64,000 bases of DNA from a virus, in the IMG/VR virus record IMGVR_UViG_3300028840_006907, positions 128,001 to 192,000 of that record, one strand, 5' to 3'. The position numbers and the translations under genes were made by a program. A model generated the notes under the pieces. That model was not told the DNA's origin and searched no databases. It was given only the letters and a program-made list of their open reading frames with translations. Shown here piece after piece: positions 56,020-64,000 of the stretch (positions are counted from its first letter, which is position 1; every line of letters begins with the position of its first letter).

Positions 56020-56526
56020 TTATTTTTTTGGTTTAAATAAATTTATGTGGTAAAAGAATTTCCATAACCAACCGATGAATGGGATATCTGTTACAGGTTT
56101 TTCTAAAACCCATTCTAGAGCACAGATATCAGGATATTCTTTTTCTTTATATTTTTTGTCATTTAATCTCTCTTCGAATAATTGTTGAAGATCTTTTTTT
56201 GTATACCTATATACGAAAGCATTACAATTTTGACAATGGTGTATCTCTTGGCATATATCCAATAGATGGGGTTCAATCTTAGCATTTTCAGGATTTGGTG
56301 GTGGCCATATAAATCTTCCTTTTGGTAGATTTGATTCTGGCTGGTGAAGAAAACAAAGATTTATTACGGTAGATATTTTACCCTTTTTTAGATAATAAGG
56401 GTAATTATATCTACAATTCTCAGGTACTCTTTTAAGAAATTTCTTATAAAGTTTTACTAGATGGTAATATTTTACCTCTCTTAATTTTTTCCAAATTTTT
56501 CCAGTACTTTTCATTTTGGTTCCCAA
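56020..56526 (-). CDS. hypothetical protein
   Basis: ORF track. Confidence 0.4.
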   Translation of the reverse strand: MGTKMKSTGKIWKKLREVKYYHLVKLYKKFLKRVPENCRYNYPYYLKKGKISTVINLCFLHQPESNLPKGRFIWPPPNPENAKIEPHLLDICQEIHHCQNCNAFVYRYTKKDLQQLFEERLNDKKYKEKEYPDICALEWVLEKPVTDIPFIGWLWKFFYHINLFKPKK

Positions 56527-57179
56527 TTAAGTCCAAAAACCTTTACTTTAGGTTTTTTGTAAAAGAAATTTTCATCTATGAAATAGATTTTGTCCGCATA
56601 CGACTCTAAAGAAGAGTTGTAGCATTTTTTAAAGCTCCATATTTCTATCTGTTTATTTTTACTCTTTAAATACCGGCATAGATCAGTGAAATTCCCGTCT
56701 CCAGACATTAATATCCATTTAGAGTAATGGTTTATTTTATCCAAACAATCAATCACTATTTCTACATCATTATATGATTCTTTGTATATGGGTATATTAT
56801 ATGTCTGTTCATTCTGGACTGGTTTATTATATCCTGTTGTGGGTCGATTCTGCCTTTTAATTCTTACATTTTGTTTTTTTGCCTTCATAGACTTATTGTA
56901 AACGGGTTCATTCTGGACTAACCGGTTATGCCCTATTAAGGTCCGGTTTTGTTTTTTTGCCCTTATAGTGTATCCTATGGAAGTCAGTTTGGATTCAAAT
57001 CTGCTACTATCAAAATCATTTCCTCTGAACATATAAATACTTGCACCAATAAGAAATTCGGTTTCTCGACTATTAAAATATTCCCACACTTTTTCAAAAT
57101 CGATCTTTTCTTCTTTGTTTTTCATTTCATAAAAGAGATTTTGAAGATCTATTTGTAGGAATGTCGTAAAATTTTTCAT
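56511..57179 (-). CDS. hypothetical protein, possible NYN/LabA-like domain
   Basis: ILMSGDGNFTDL resembles the NYN pattern; internal basic repeats KAKKQN...; weak. Confidence 0.3.
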   Translation of the reverse strand: MKNFTTFLQIDLQNLFYEMKNKEEKIDFEKVWEYFNSRETEFLIGASIYMFRGNDFDSSRFESKLTSIGYTIRAKKQNRTLIGHNRLVQNEPVYNKSMKAKKQNVRIKRQNRPTTGYNKPVQNEQTYNIPIYKESYNDVEIVIDCLDKINHYSKWILMSGDGNFTDLCRYLKSKNKQIEIWSFKKCYNSSLESYADKIYFIDENFFYKKPKVKVFGLNWEPK

Positions 57180-57781
57180 TTAATTTTCTCCATGATAAGA
57201 CCGTTTTTTGATTCCTTCACTTTATATACTCGGTCTGCATCGTGTTTAAATTCTTTTTGATGGGTTACAAGAAGTATATCTATACCTATCTTTTTTGAGA
57301 GTTCACTTATTAATTTTGCTGTGTTAGAAATGTAAAGTTCTCCGACTGGTGCAAAGGTCTCATCTAAAAGCATCAATCGTGCGAGATCTTTTTTTAGTAC
57401 ACTGAGAATACGCATAAGAAAACTTTCTATAACAGCTACACTTCCTCCAAAAGATTTGAAATCACCTTCAATATCTCCATCTAAAGTTTTTAATTCAATA
57501 TTTATTTTTCCTGCTTTTTCTTTTTTGTCAGGTAAAAAAGTTAAATTCTGATCATCAAAGACACTTTTAAGACCGTAAGTGATAAGAGCTGCCATTCGGG
57601 TTATTTCATTTTTAACCATAATATCTAAAAGATGTTTTAATACCACACTAGCTTTTGAATCCCTTTCGATGTTTATCTTAAGGGATTCAATAGTATCTTT
57701 TAGTGACTGCTCTTGATTTAATAACGCCTTATAGAACCCATCAATCTGATCTGTTTGTCGTTGTAAAGCAGTAATATCCAT
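57176..57781 (-). CDS. SbcC/Rad50-like ATPase, C-terminal half (signature, Walker B, H-loop)
   Basis: SFGGSVAVIESF (signature-like), RLMLLDETFAPV (Walker B), ILLVTHQ (H-loop) after a short coiled-coil. Confidence 0.4.
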   Translation of the reverse strand: MDITALQRQTDQIDGFYKALLNQEQSLKDTIESLKINIERDSKASVVLKHLLDIMVKNEITRMAALITYGLKSVFDDQNLTFLPDKKEKAGKINIELKTLDGDIEGDFKSFGGSVAVIESFLMRILSVLKKDLARLMLLDETFAPVGELYISNTAKLISELSKKIGIDILLVTHQKEFKHDADRVYKVKESKNGLIMEKIK

Positions 57782-57783
57782 TT

Positions 57784-58938
57784 TTATACTTTCCTAGCTA
57801 GTGTTAATAAAGCTATCGCAGTAAAAGGTATTGTGATTGGATCTTTGTCTTTCTCTTCTATGATAATACTAGCTTCACTATAGATAGTGCATTTTCTCGC
57901 TTTTAAATAGAAATTGACATTTTTTGCCTGAAAGAGACTTAAAATGTTTTTAAATTTAGCACATTCTATAAGGAAATCAAGTTTATTATTTCCTGAAATT
58001 CTTTTACATTCCATATTTTCATATGAAGGTCGATCAGTCAAGGTTTTCATTTTAAGTATTTGATCTTCTCCGTAAGAAGAATCGATGGCTATATCTTCCC
58101 ATGAAGAAAGAGCTAAACGATTCAACTTTTTTGAGAAATCTGAACAGTTCACATTAAAACCGTCTGTGTCTGGGACTTCAGTGGTAATTGGTAATTTCGG
58201 TTTTCCCACAATTGATTGTCTAAAACCGAAATAATTAAGGTCGTCTTCTGAAGAAAATGTAATGTATTTTTCAGAAGATTTAATAGTGACTTCAGAAGAT
58301 TTTGTTTTATCAACAAAATTGATAATTGATGGAAGCATTGCTCTTCTTAAAGCCAGTTCCGGGATACTATTGAAATCATCACTCTTGAAAGCCCCTATTT
58401 TAGTATTACCATCTGATCCGTATAATGTACCTTCTTCAATAAACAGATTGGAGAACTTTTTATCCTTATCATCCTTAGGAAGAAAACCCTGGATAAATTT
58501 TACTCCTTTAAGAAAAACAACTGAATTGATTTTGCCCCTTAATTCTTGATTGGTTAAATCAAAATTAAGAAATTTTTCAGGTTCGAAAGAAGCAAAAGAA
58601 ATGTAAGCTTTTTTGTTATCAGATGCATACACATTCAGAGTTTTCTTTTCAGGGTCGTAGGAAAAAGAGATCTCTTCTGAATCTGAATTGTTAATAAGTA
58701 AAAGTATTCTTTTTGGATCTGCTGTAAATTCTGTTATATCCCCTTCAACAGATTTTAAAGGAAAATGAGATTGAGCAATTTTATCTTCGTCTGTGGCATA
58801 CAAAGAAACGTTTTCATTACTTTCATTAATTCTGAATAAAGTATGGCTACGGATGGTATTAGCCACATCACCCGTTGCCAGGGAGACTACTGATAGAGCA
58901 GTTTTTAATTCTTTAGTTGGAGCTGAAAAATTTATCAT
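57784..58938 (-). CDS. possible DNA polymerase sliding clamp (DnaN-like)
   Basis: N-terminus MINFSAPTKELKTALSVVSLAT resembles the beta-clamp start; length 384 aa; weak. Confidence 0.3.
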   Translation of the reverse strand: MINFSAPTKELKTALSVVSLATGDVANTIRSHTLFRINESNENVSLYATDEDKIAQSHFPLKSVEGDITEFTADPKRILLLINNSDSEEISFSYDPEKKTLNVYASDNKKAYISFASFEPEKFLNFDLTNQELRGKINSVVFLKGVKFIQGFLPKDDKDKKFSNLFIEEGTLYGSDGNTKIGAFKSDDFNSIPELALRRAMLPSIINFVDKTKSSEVTIKSSEKYITFSSEDDLNYFGFRQSIVGKPKLPITTEVPDTDGFNVNCSDFSKKLNRLALSSWEDIAIDSSYGEDQILKMKTLTDRPSYENMECKRISGNNKLDFLIECAKFKNILSLFQAKNVNFYLKARKCTIYSEASIIIEEKDKDPITIPFTAIALLTLARKV

Positions 58939-58941
58939 TTT

Positions 58942-59202
58942 TTATACCTCTATTAAGTTAAGTTTTTGTTTAGTTTCTTCTACTTCTTTTTCCAGATCTG
59001 TCAATAATTTCTGTAATTCATTTTCTTTCTCTTCTCTGATACTGGATAATTTTTTCGGATCATAACCTTTCTTTTTTATCTCCTTGAGGAGCTTTTCAAG
59101 ATTAATTTTTTCATTATTAAATCTCTCCTCCAGGCGGATTTTCTGATTAGAGATAGTATTCACATCTTCTTTGATTTTTTGATATCTTTCTGTTTCATTC
59201 AT
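58942..59202 (-). CDS. small coiled-coil protein
   Basis: E/K-rich heptad-like 86 aa. Confidence 0.35.
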   Translation of the reverse strand: MNETERYQKIKEDVNTISNQKIRLEERFNNEKINLEKLLKEIKKKGYDPKKLSSIREEKENELQKLLTDLEKEVEETKQKLNLIEV

Positions 59203-59217
59203 AACATTTACCTCATT

Positions 59218-60060
59218 TTAATCGAGACCGAATTCGATAACTTCACCATCGCTCTCTAGGTTTTCTATTTTAGAAGGTTTTGCCCGAGAAGCCTTATCTT
59301 TAAGACCCTCAAGACATTCGTTTGCATAGTTACAATATTTACAGGATTTGGAACTAGGTGTAGGAAGATATTTCTCTGTATTAACAATCTCTTTAATATC
59401 CAAAGATAGATTTGCTCTGAATTCGTTTAATAATTCCTGATCAATTGCTACAGGAATAAGAGTGTTAAAACGGTAATAGAAAAATCCTAGTTCCATTGGT
59501 AATCTTTTAAATTGGAAATAGTAAAGTAAAGCATAAAATAGGAGTTGATTATTATCAATATTTTTACCTATTTTAGTAGTCCCTTTTCCATCAAAGATAG
59601 ATTCTTCTGTTGTTTTTATAGGATTTTTATGTATAAAATCTAACCTTCCTTTTAAAATTAGAGAATTTTTTAATGTTACTTCTATCTGTATTTCTGACCG
59701 TGTATTAAGAAAATAATTTCTATTCGTTGATTCCATGATATGGCATACATCAGAATAAGCTGATGCTAGGATCTCCTCTTTAGACTCTTTACAGAAAAAT
59801 GCAGTCCAGTCAACGAGGCTATTTCTTAAAATCATTTTGTATAAAGTAATTAGTTTTTCTCTTATTTCTGAAGAAGTCAAGATAGGGTTGGTTTTACACC
59901 AAATATTACAATATAATTCAAAGAATTTTTCTACCAGTCTTCCATACAAAGTGAAATACTCATTAATAGGTACAGTAGGAGGATCTTCCTTTACATATTG
60001 TTTATAGAATTTTTTAGGGCATTCTTTAAATGCCTTCCAGGATTTAAAGGTTATGTTCAT
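59218..60060 (-). CDS. PD-(D/E)xK nuclease, Cas4/RecB-like with Cys cluster
   Basis: GRLDFIH...IFDGKGTTK nuclease-like core; one N-terminal Cys (KECPKK) and C-terminal CKYCNYANEC. Confidence 0.4.
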   Translation of the reverse strand: MNITFKSWKAFKECPKKFYKQYVKEDPPTVPINEYFTLYGRLVEKFFELYCNIWCKTNPILTSSEIREKLITLYKMILRNSLVDWTAFFCKESKEEILASAYSDVCHIMESTNRNYFLNTRSEIQIEVTLKNSLILKGRLDFIHKNPIKTTEESIFDGKGTTKIGKNIDNNQLLFYALLYYFQFKRLPMELGFFYYRFNTLIPVAIDQELLNEFRANLSLDIKEIVNTEKYLPTPSSKSCKYCNYANECLEGLKDKASRAKPSKIENLESDGEVIEFGLD

Positions 60061-61031
60061 TTAGAAGCCTCCTGGATAAAATAAAGCACTCTTTTCCGGA
60101 CAGCTTCAACCATATCCATTTTGTCTATCATATCATCAATTGTTTGGGATTTATCAGATGAATCAACTACAGCTTCAGTAGCTAATTTTTCCACAAATAA
60201 TTTTATTTCTTCTTTTTCCTGTTGTTCCTGTTTTTTCTTTTCAAGATCAAAAACCTCACTTGCAGGTTGAATTCTTAATCTTATAGGACGTACTAAATAC
60301 GATGGCTCACCGTTTTCTACCTGGATTTTTATGAAACCTATCTGAGGGTGATGGTCTATATCATCTTCTGATATAGCCCCGCGACTCATTGAGCCTATAT
60401 TTATAAAATATTTCCCGTTCTGTTTATAGATACCCTGGTCTATGTGATAATGCCCTATAACGAAAATGTCAGATGGGAGTTCACCTATCTCATCATACCC
60501 ATAAATTTTATTCTTAAAAAGCATAGTACTTTTTAAACCAGCATAAATGTGGAGAGCACATATCTGTGTAATACAATCACCTTTATCAGGTAGATTTAAA
60601 TTTGATAAATCAATATCTTCTGTAAATGGAATTCCTACAAGAGATATTTTCACATTATCCTTTTCAATTATCTCATGACGAAGTTGAATAAGGGTACCAT
60701 CAGCAAATAACACTCCCAGCGGTTGTTCAGAGATACTTTCCAATCGATCTGCTGAAAGATCATGATTTCCTTCTATCATATAGATGGGACAGGAAAATTT
60801 TTGAAATATTTTTATGAGTTCCCTGTTTAAGTTGTGGCTGTTTTTTGCCGGATTCTTAAGATTAAAAAGATCCCCTGCTATAATAGCAGCATCAGCATTT
60901 AATTTTCTACATGCCATGCCCATTTGGTCTATTTTATCAAGCATGGTTTTTTTAAAATCATCTGTCCTTGATCTGGGACCGTTATCACTAATATGGATAT
61001 CATTCGCTGTTATAATTGTAAATTCAGTCAT
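60057..61031 (-). CDS. sbcD: SbcD/Mre11-family nuclease
   Basis: Calcineurin-like phosphoesterase motifs DIHISD, AGDLFN, EGNHD, GHYH. Confidence 0.65.
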   Translation of the reverse strand: MTEFTIITANDIHISDNGPRSRTDDFKKTMLDKIDQMGMACRKLNADAAIIAGDLFNLKNPAKNSHNLNRELIKIFQKFSCPIYMIEGNHDLSADRLESISEQPLGVLFADGTLIQLRHEIIEKDNVKISLVGIPFTEDIDLSNLNLPDKGDCITQICALHIYAGLKSTMLFKNKIYGYDEIGELPSDIFVIGHYHIDQGIYKQNGKYFINIGSMSRGAISEDDIDHHPQIGFIKIQVENGEPSYLVRPIRLRIQPASEVFDLEKKKQEQQEKEEIKLFVEKLATEAVVDSSDKSQTIDDMIDKMDMVEAVRKRVLYFIQEASK

Positions 61032-62329
61032 AATGGCCTCTCACATAAAGGGCATACTTTAATTTCGTTCTTTTCTTTTTGTGCTTTTTCAAGCTCAGAG
61101 GTAGTTTTCTTTAAATCATCCCTTGTGGTTTTCAGGGATTTAACTAGTGCAAGAAATTCAATTTCTATGCTTTGCATATTTGTTAAATCTTTTAGCTTTA
61201 ATGAAACCTTATTTATAGCTTTTTGGATTTGATCGAAATTTAGAGATTGTAAAACATTCTTTTGTTTTCGTATGTTTTCAGAAGTAGTGATTAAAGAATC
61301 ATCCCATTTTTTAAGGGATAATACTTCATTTAGAGATAATTCTGTATCTTCAATTTTAGGTATCTTTATTTTTGATATACTTTTTAATTTGTTAACTATT
61401 GACGTTAATACTTTATACTTTTCACTCTTTTCTTGAATCCATTCAAATTCATCTAATATTTCTTTACCTTTGGTTTCATTAGGAATACTTATTTCGGGAA
61501 TGCTTTTTAATTTTTCTATGACCTCTATTGATTTTTTATATTTGCTATCTGTTTCTTGAAGCCATGGTAATTCAGATATAACTTTTTTACATTTAGAACT
61601 ATCAGGTATCTCGATATCTTTTATGGATTTAAGACGTTGTAATATGTCAGTGAGGGATTTTAACTGTCCTTCTAAATATCTGATGGTATGGATTTCTTCT
61701 TGAAGTTCTTTTGCCTTTTTATCTTTTTCAGCAAGTAATTTTACTGTTTCTTTTATTGTTTTGAAATCCTTATATTTCTCAAGATCAATTTGAAGTGCTT
61801 TGAGATCAGCTTCCCTGGTTTTTAATAACGATTTATCAGCTTTAATTGCTTTTTGGCATAAACTATCTGCAGTACTGAGAGTATCGATTTGATATAGATT
61901 TGCTAAAACCTCTGTGACGACAGGACCAGGTTTATTGATAAGAAAAAGAGGATCGAATTGAGATGCTATTAATGGTGATATCTTTTGATCCCCTATTACC
62001 ATTTTTCGAAATCCTGCCTTTGTTATAGGTTCGGGAATAGTTCCTTTTAATTTTGTAAACGGTTCATCATAACCTTTGATTTTATAAGAAGCTGTACTTT
62101 TTGTTTTTTCCCATTCAAAATTAAGGTCTTTATAATCGACAATGACTCTAGCTTTTTTCTTACCTTTCTTTATGAAACCACTTCCGGTCTGGTTATTTAA
62201 AGCTGCATCAATTGCTCTTATAATAGCACTTTTCCCAATATTGTTCTTACCAATAACAACAGTGAATCCTTCAATATCGAAATCAACTTTATTTATACTC
62301 TGGAAATTTTCAATTGATATTTTAGTCAT
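61028..62329 (-). CDS. SbcC/Rad50-like ATPase, N-terminal half (Walker A, coiled-coil, terminal CxxC hook)
   Basis: Walker A GKNNIGKS, long coiled-coil, ends in KVCPLCERPL (zinc-hook-like CxxC) immediately before the stop. Confidence 0.5.
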   Translation of the reverse strand: MTKISIENFQSINKVDFDIEGFTVVIGKNNIGKSAIIRAIDAALNNQTGSGFIKKGKKKARVIVDYKDLNFEWEKTKSTASYKIKGYDEPFTKLKGTIPEPITKAGFRKMVIGDQKISPLIASQFDPLFLINKPGPVVTEVLANLYQIDTLSTADSLCQKAIKADKSLLKTREADLKALQIDLEKYKDFKTIKETVKLLAEKDKKAKELQEEIHTIRYLEGQLKSLTDILQRLKSIKDIEIPDSSKCKKVISELPWLQETDSKYKKSIEVIEKLKSIPEISIPNETKGKEILDEFEWIQEKSEKYKVLTSIVNKLKSISKIKIPKIEDTELSLNEVLSLKKWDDSLITTSENIRKQKNVLQSLNFDQIQKAINKVSLKLKDLTNMQSIEIEFLALVKSLKTTRDDLKKTTSELEKAQKEKNEIKVCPLCERPL

Positions 62330-63538
62330 TTATTTTCTCTTTTTCTTTTCTTTTTCTTTTTTAACAAAACTATCTGCTACATTTTCCATTAAAGAATCAA
62401 AATCATCACCTTCATTTTCTGTATTCTGATATATTTCTTGAATCTCATTATCCTGATTGATTGTGAGACAGTCCTGAACTTTTTTAAATGCATCCATATC
62501 AGTATTAAGTTTTTTCCATAACTGCTCTTTTCCCTGTACTTTGAAAATGAGTTCCTTATTTAATGTAAAGCTATAAAAGGAACCTCCTTTAACAATGACT
62601 TTTGAATTAATTGCCAATTCCATAATAGATTTGATATTATCGAAGCCAATTCCAAAACGAATGTAAACTGGAGCAGATTTGTAAGGTTTATCGATTTTAT
62701 TTTTTACAACAGAAGCTTTAATAGTTACATTGGTAGGTTCCTTATCTTTTTTACCTGTTAATTTACTTGTAACATCAATTTTTTCTACAATACTTCTTTT
62801 TAGTGATATTCGAACAGATGAATAAAATTTCAATGCCCTACCACCACTAGATTCTTCATCTGGACCTGTCTCATATTTGCTCTTTTTAATAACAGTTCTT
62901 AACTGATTGGTAAAAAGAAGATTTGTATTACTGGCTTTAAGAAATTTGGTAATATAATTCAAAAATACAGACATTAATTGTGCTTGCAATCCAATACGAG
63001 CTGATTCATCAATATCTCCTTGAAGAAATTCTTTTGGAATCATGGCAGAGACACTATCAACAGCAATGATATAAGGTTTCATCATAAGCATATCGAATAT
63101 TTGTCTGGCTCCTTGCTGAAAATAATTTGGTTGAACTAGTATAAATTTATCCGGACTGAGGTCTACCCCTATTTTCTGGGCATAGTCAGGATGGAATGTT
63201 TGTTCAAAATCAACTAGGATACCAACACTACCTAATTCTTGAGCACATTTAATAGCACTTAAAACAAAGGTTGTTTTACCAGAAGATTCATCACCAAATA
63301 TTTCAACGATATGACCTCGGGGAAGTCCTCCCGGTTTACCTGTCATAGTACCGTCCCCGATAAGTGAATCGATTATCCAAGAACCGGTAGGGACGAAATC
63401 AATAGCTTGTCTATTTTTTAAATTGACAATAGTATGTGCATCTTCTTTATTTACTTTTCTTAGATACTCTTGAGCGCTTAGTGGCTTCTTGGCCTTTTTC
63501 AAATATTCTTCCGCTGTGAAGGCTTTCTTTTCCGCCAT
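62330..63538 (-). CDS. recA: RecA-family recombinase
   Basis: GLPRGHIVEIFGDESSGKTT (Walker A), IAVDSVSAM, LQAQLMS, FTNQLR, SGGRALKFYSSVRISL match RecA conserved blocks; GGGAGG upstream of ATG. Confidence 0.7.
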   Translation of the reverse strand: MAEKKAFTAEEYLKKAKKPLSAQEYLRKVNKEDAHTIVNLKNRQAIDFVPTGSWIIDSLIGDGTMTGKPGGLPRGHIVEIFGDESSGKTTFVLSAIKCAQELGSVGILVDFEQTFHPDYAQKIGVDLSPDKFILVQPNYFQQGARQIFDMLMMKPYIIAVDSVSAMIPKEFLQGDIDESARIGLQAQLMSVFLNYITKFLKASNTNLLFTNQLRTVIKKSKYETGPDEESSGGRALKFYSSVRISLKRSIVEKIDVTSKLTGKKDKEPTNVTIKASVVKNKIDKPYKSAPVYIRFGIGFDNIKSIMELAINSKVIVKGGSFYSFTLNKELIFKVQGKEQLWKKLNTDMDAFKKVQDCLTINQDNEIQEIYQNTENEGDDFDSLMENVADSFVKKEKEKKKRK

Positions 63539-64000
63539 TTGTAATTTCCTCCCTTATATTTATAGAATTTCTTTTCTGTTTTCTGTAATCAAAAAATTGA
63601 TCATTTTCCCGATATATTATTCCTGTATATTCGGTCAGACCTTTTTTGGCACCTCTTTTATATTTATGTTTACCACAGAAAAGTTTTTGTTCATATTCTG
63701 TTAATTCATCATCTTTGTATTTGTGTAAGAAGTACCATTGATAAAATTTTAATCCTATTTTTCCTACGAAATAAGCATCAGCTACATGTTCGGAGAATCT
63801 TCTCCCCATTAAACCAAGTTCTTTTTTGGCTTGGTGTGTGATATGATGTTTTGTTATTTCTTCCATTTTTACTTTAGGTAAAGCGTATCTTTTTAAGGTA
63901 TTTGGTTGAACATAGATTACAAAGATCTGTTCATCAAGAAAAGCTTCATGAATATGCTGGTTTAAAGCGAAGAGTAATTCAGTGTTATAATCTTGTAAAT
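63447..64000 (-). CDS. hypothetical protein, C-terminal part (gene continues beyond window end)
   Basis: Frame of track ORF 63447..63866 stays open on the minus strand to position 64000; overlaps the recA start by about 90 nt. Confidence 0.35.
   Translation of the reverse strand, partial: LQDYNTELLFALNQHIHEAFLDEQIFVIYVQPNTLKRYALPKVKMEEITKHHITHQAKKELGLMGRRFSEHVADAYFVGKIGLKFYQWYFLHKYKDDELTEYEQKLFCGKHKYKRGAKKGLTEYTGIIYRENDQFFDYRKQKRNSINIREEITNGGKESLHSGRIFEKGQEATKRSRVSKKSK

Noticed and set aside
1-64000. Integrase, transposase or insertion sequence marking a mobile-element boundary
   Set aside because: No tyrosine or serine recombinase or transposase motifs were recognised in any long ORF, and no terminal inverted repeats were noticed; the only mobile-type genes are HNH endonucleases and the group I intron.

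Overview
AT-rich, gene-dense 64 kb window that reads like part of a large bacteriophage (or phage-derived element) genome: no capsid or tail genes fall in this window, so the phage assignment is inference from gene content. All annotation is by eye from the sequence and the supplied six-frame ORF track; no database search or RNA-folding program was run. Gene starts are approximate because the track accepts alternative start codons. Main content: (1) 13 tRNA genes on the + strand (Ser, 3 Leu, 2 Arg, 2 Gln, 3 Pro, Asn, and a CUA-anticodon amber-suppressor candidate), interspersed with HNH endonuclease genes and small ORFs. The tRNA-Asn gene is interrupted by a ~197 nt group I intron, and a tRNA-Ala-like acceptor/T-arm pair encloses a ~190 nt unexplained insertion. 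(2) A family of six small paralogous proteins sharing an N-terminal M-[GS]-R-[YF]-x-I-[AI]-L motif. (3) A minus-strand block encoding a complete Preiss-Handler NAD+ salvage route (PncA-like, PncB, NadD, NadE) interleaved with a vWA / PP2C phosphatase / Ser-Thr kinase triad (TerY-P-like); this is my best candidate for an undescribed system. (4) A membrane module: K+ channel, PspA, YbjN-like protein, flotillin, NfeD. (5) A nucleic-acid end-processing cluster: 2H phosphoesterase, DUF218, RRM protein, LigD-type 3'-phosphoesterase. (6) A recombination/replication block: RecA-like, SbcD, an SbcC/Rad50-like ATPase apparently split into two separately encoded halves, Cas4-like nuclease, DnaN-like clamp, HU, plus DnaJ and a GT9 glycosyltransferase. 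No CRISPR array, integrase or transposase was recognised.
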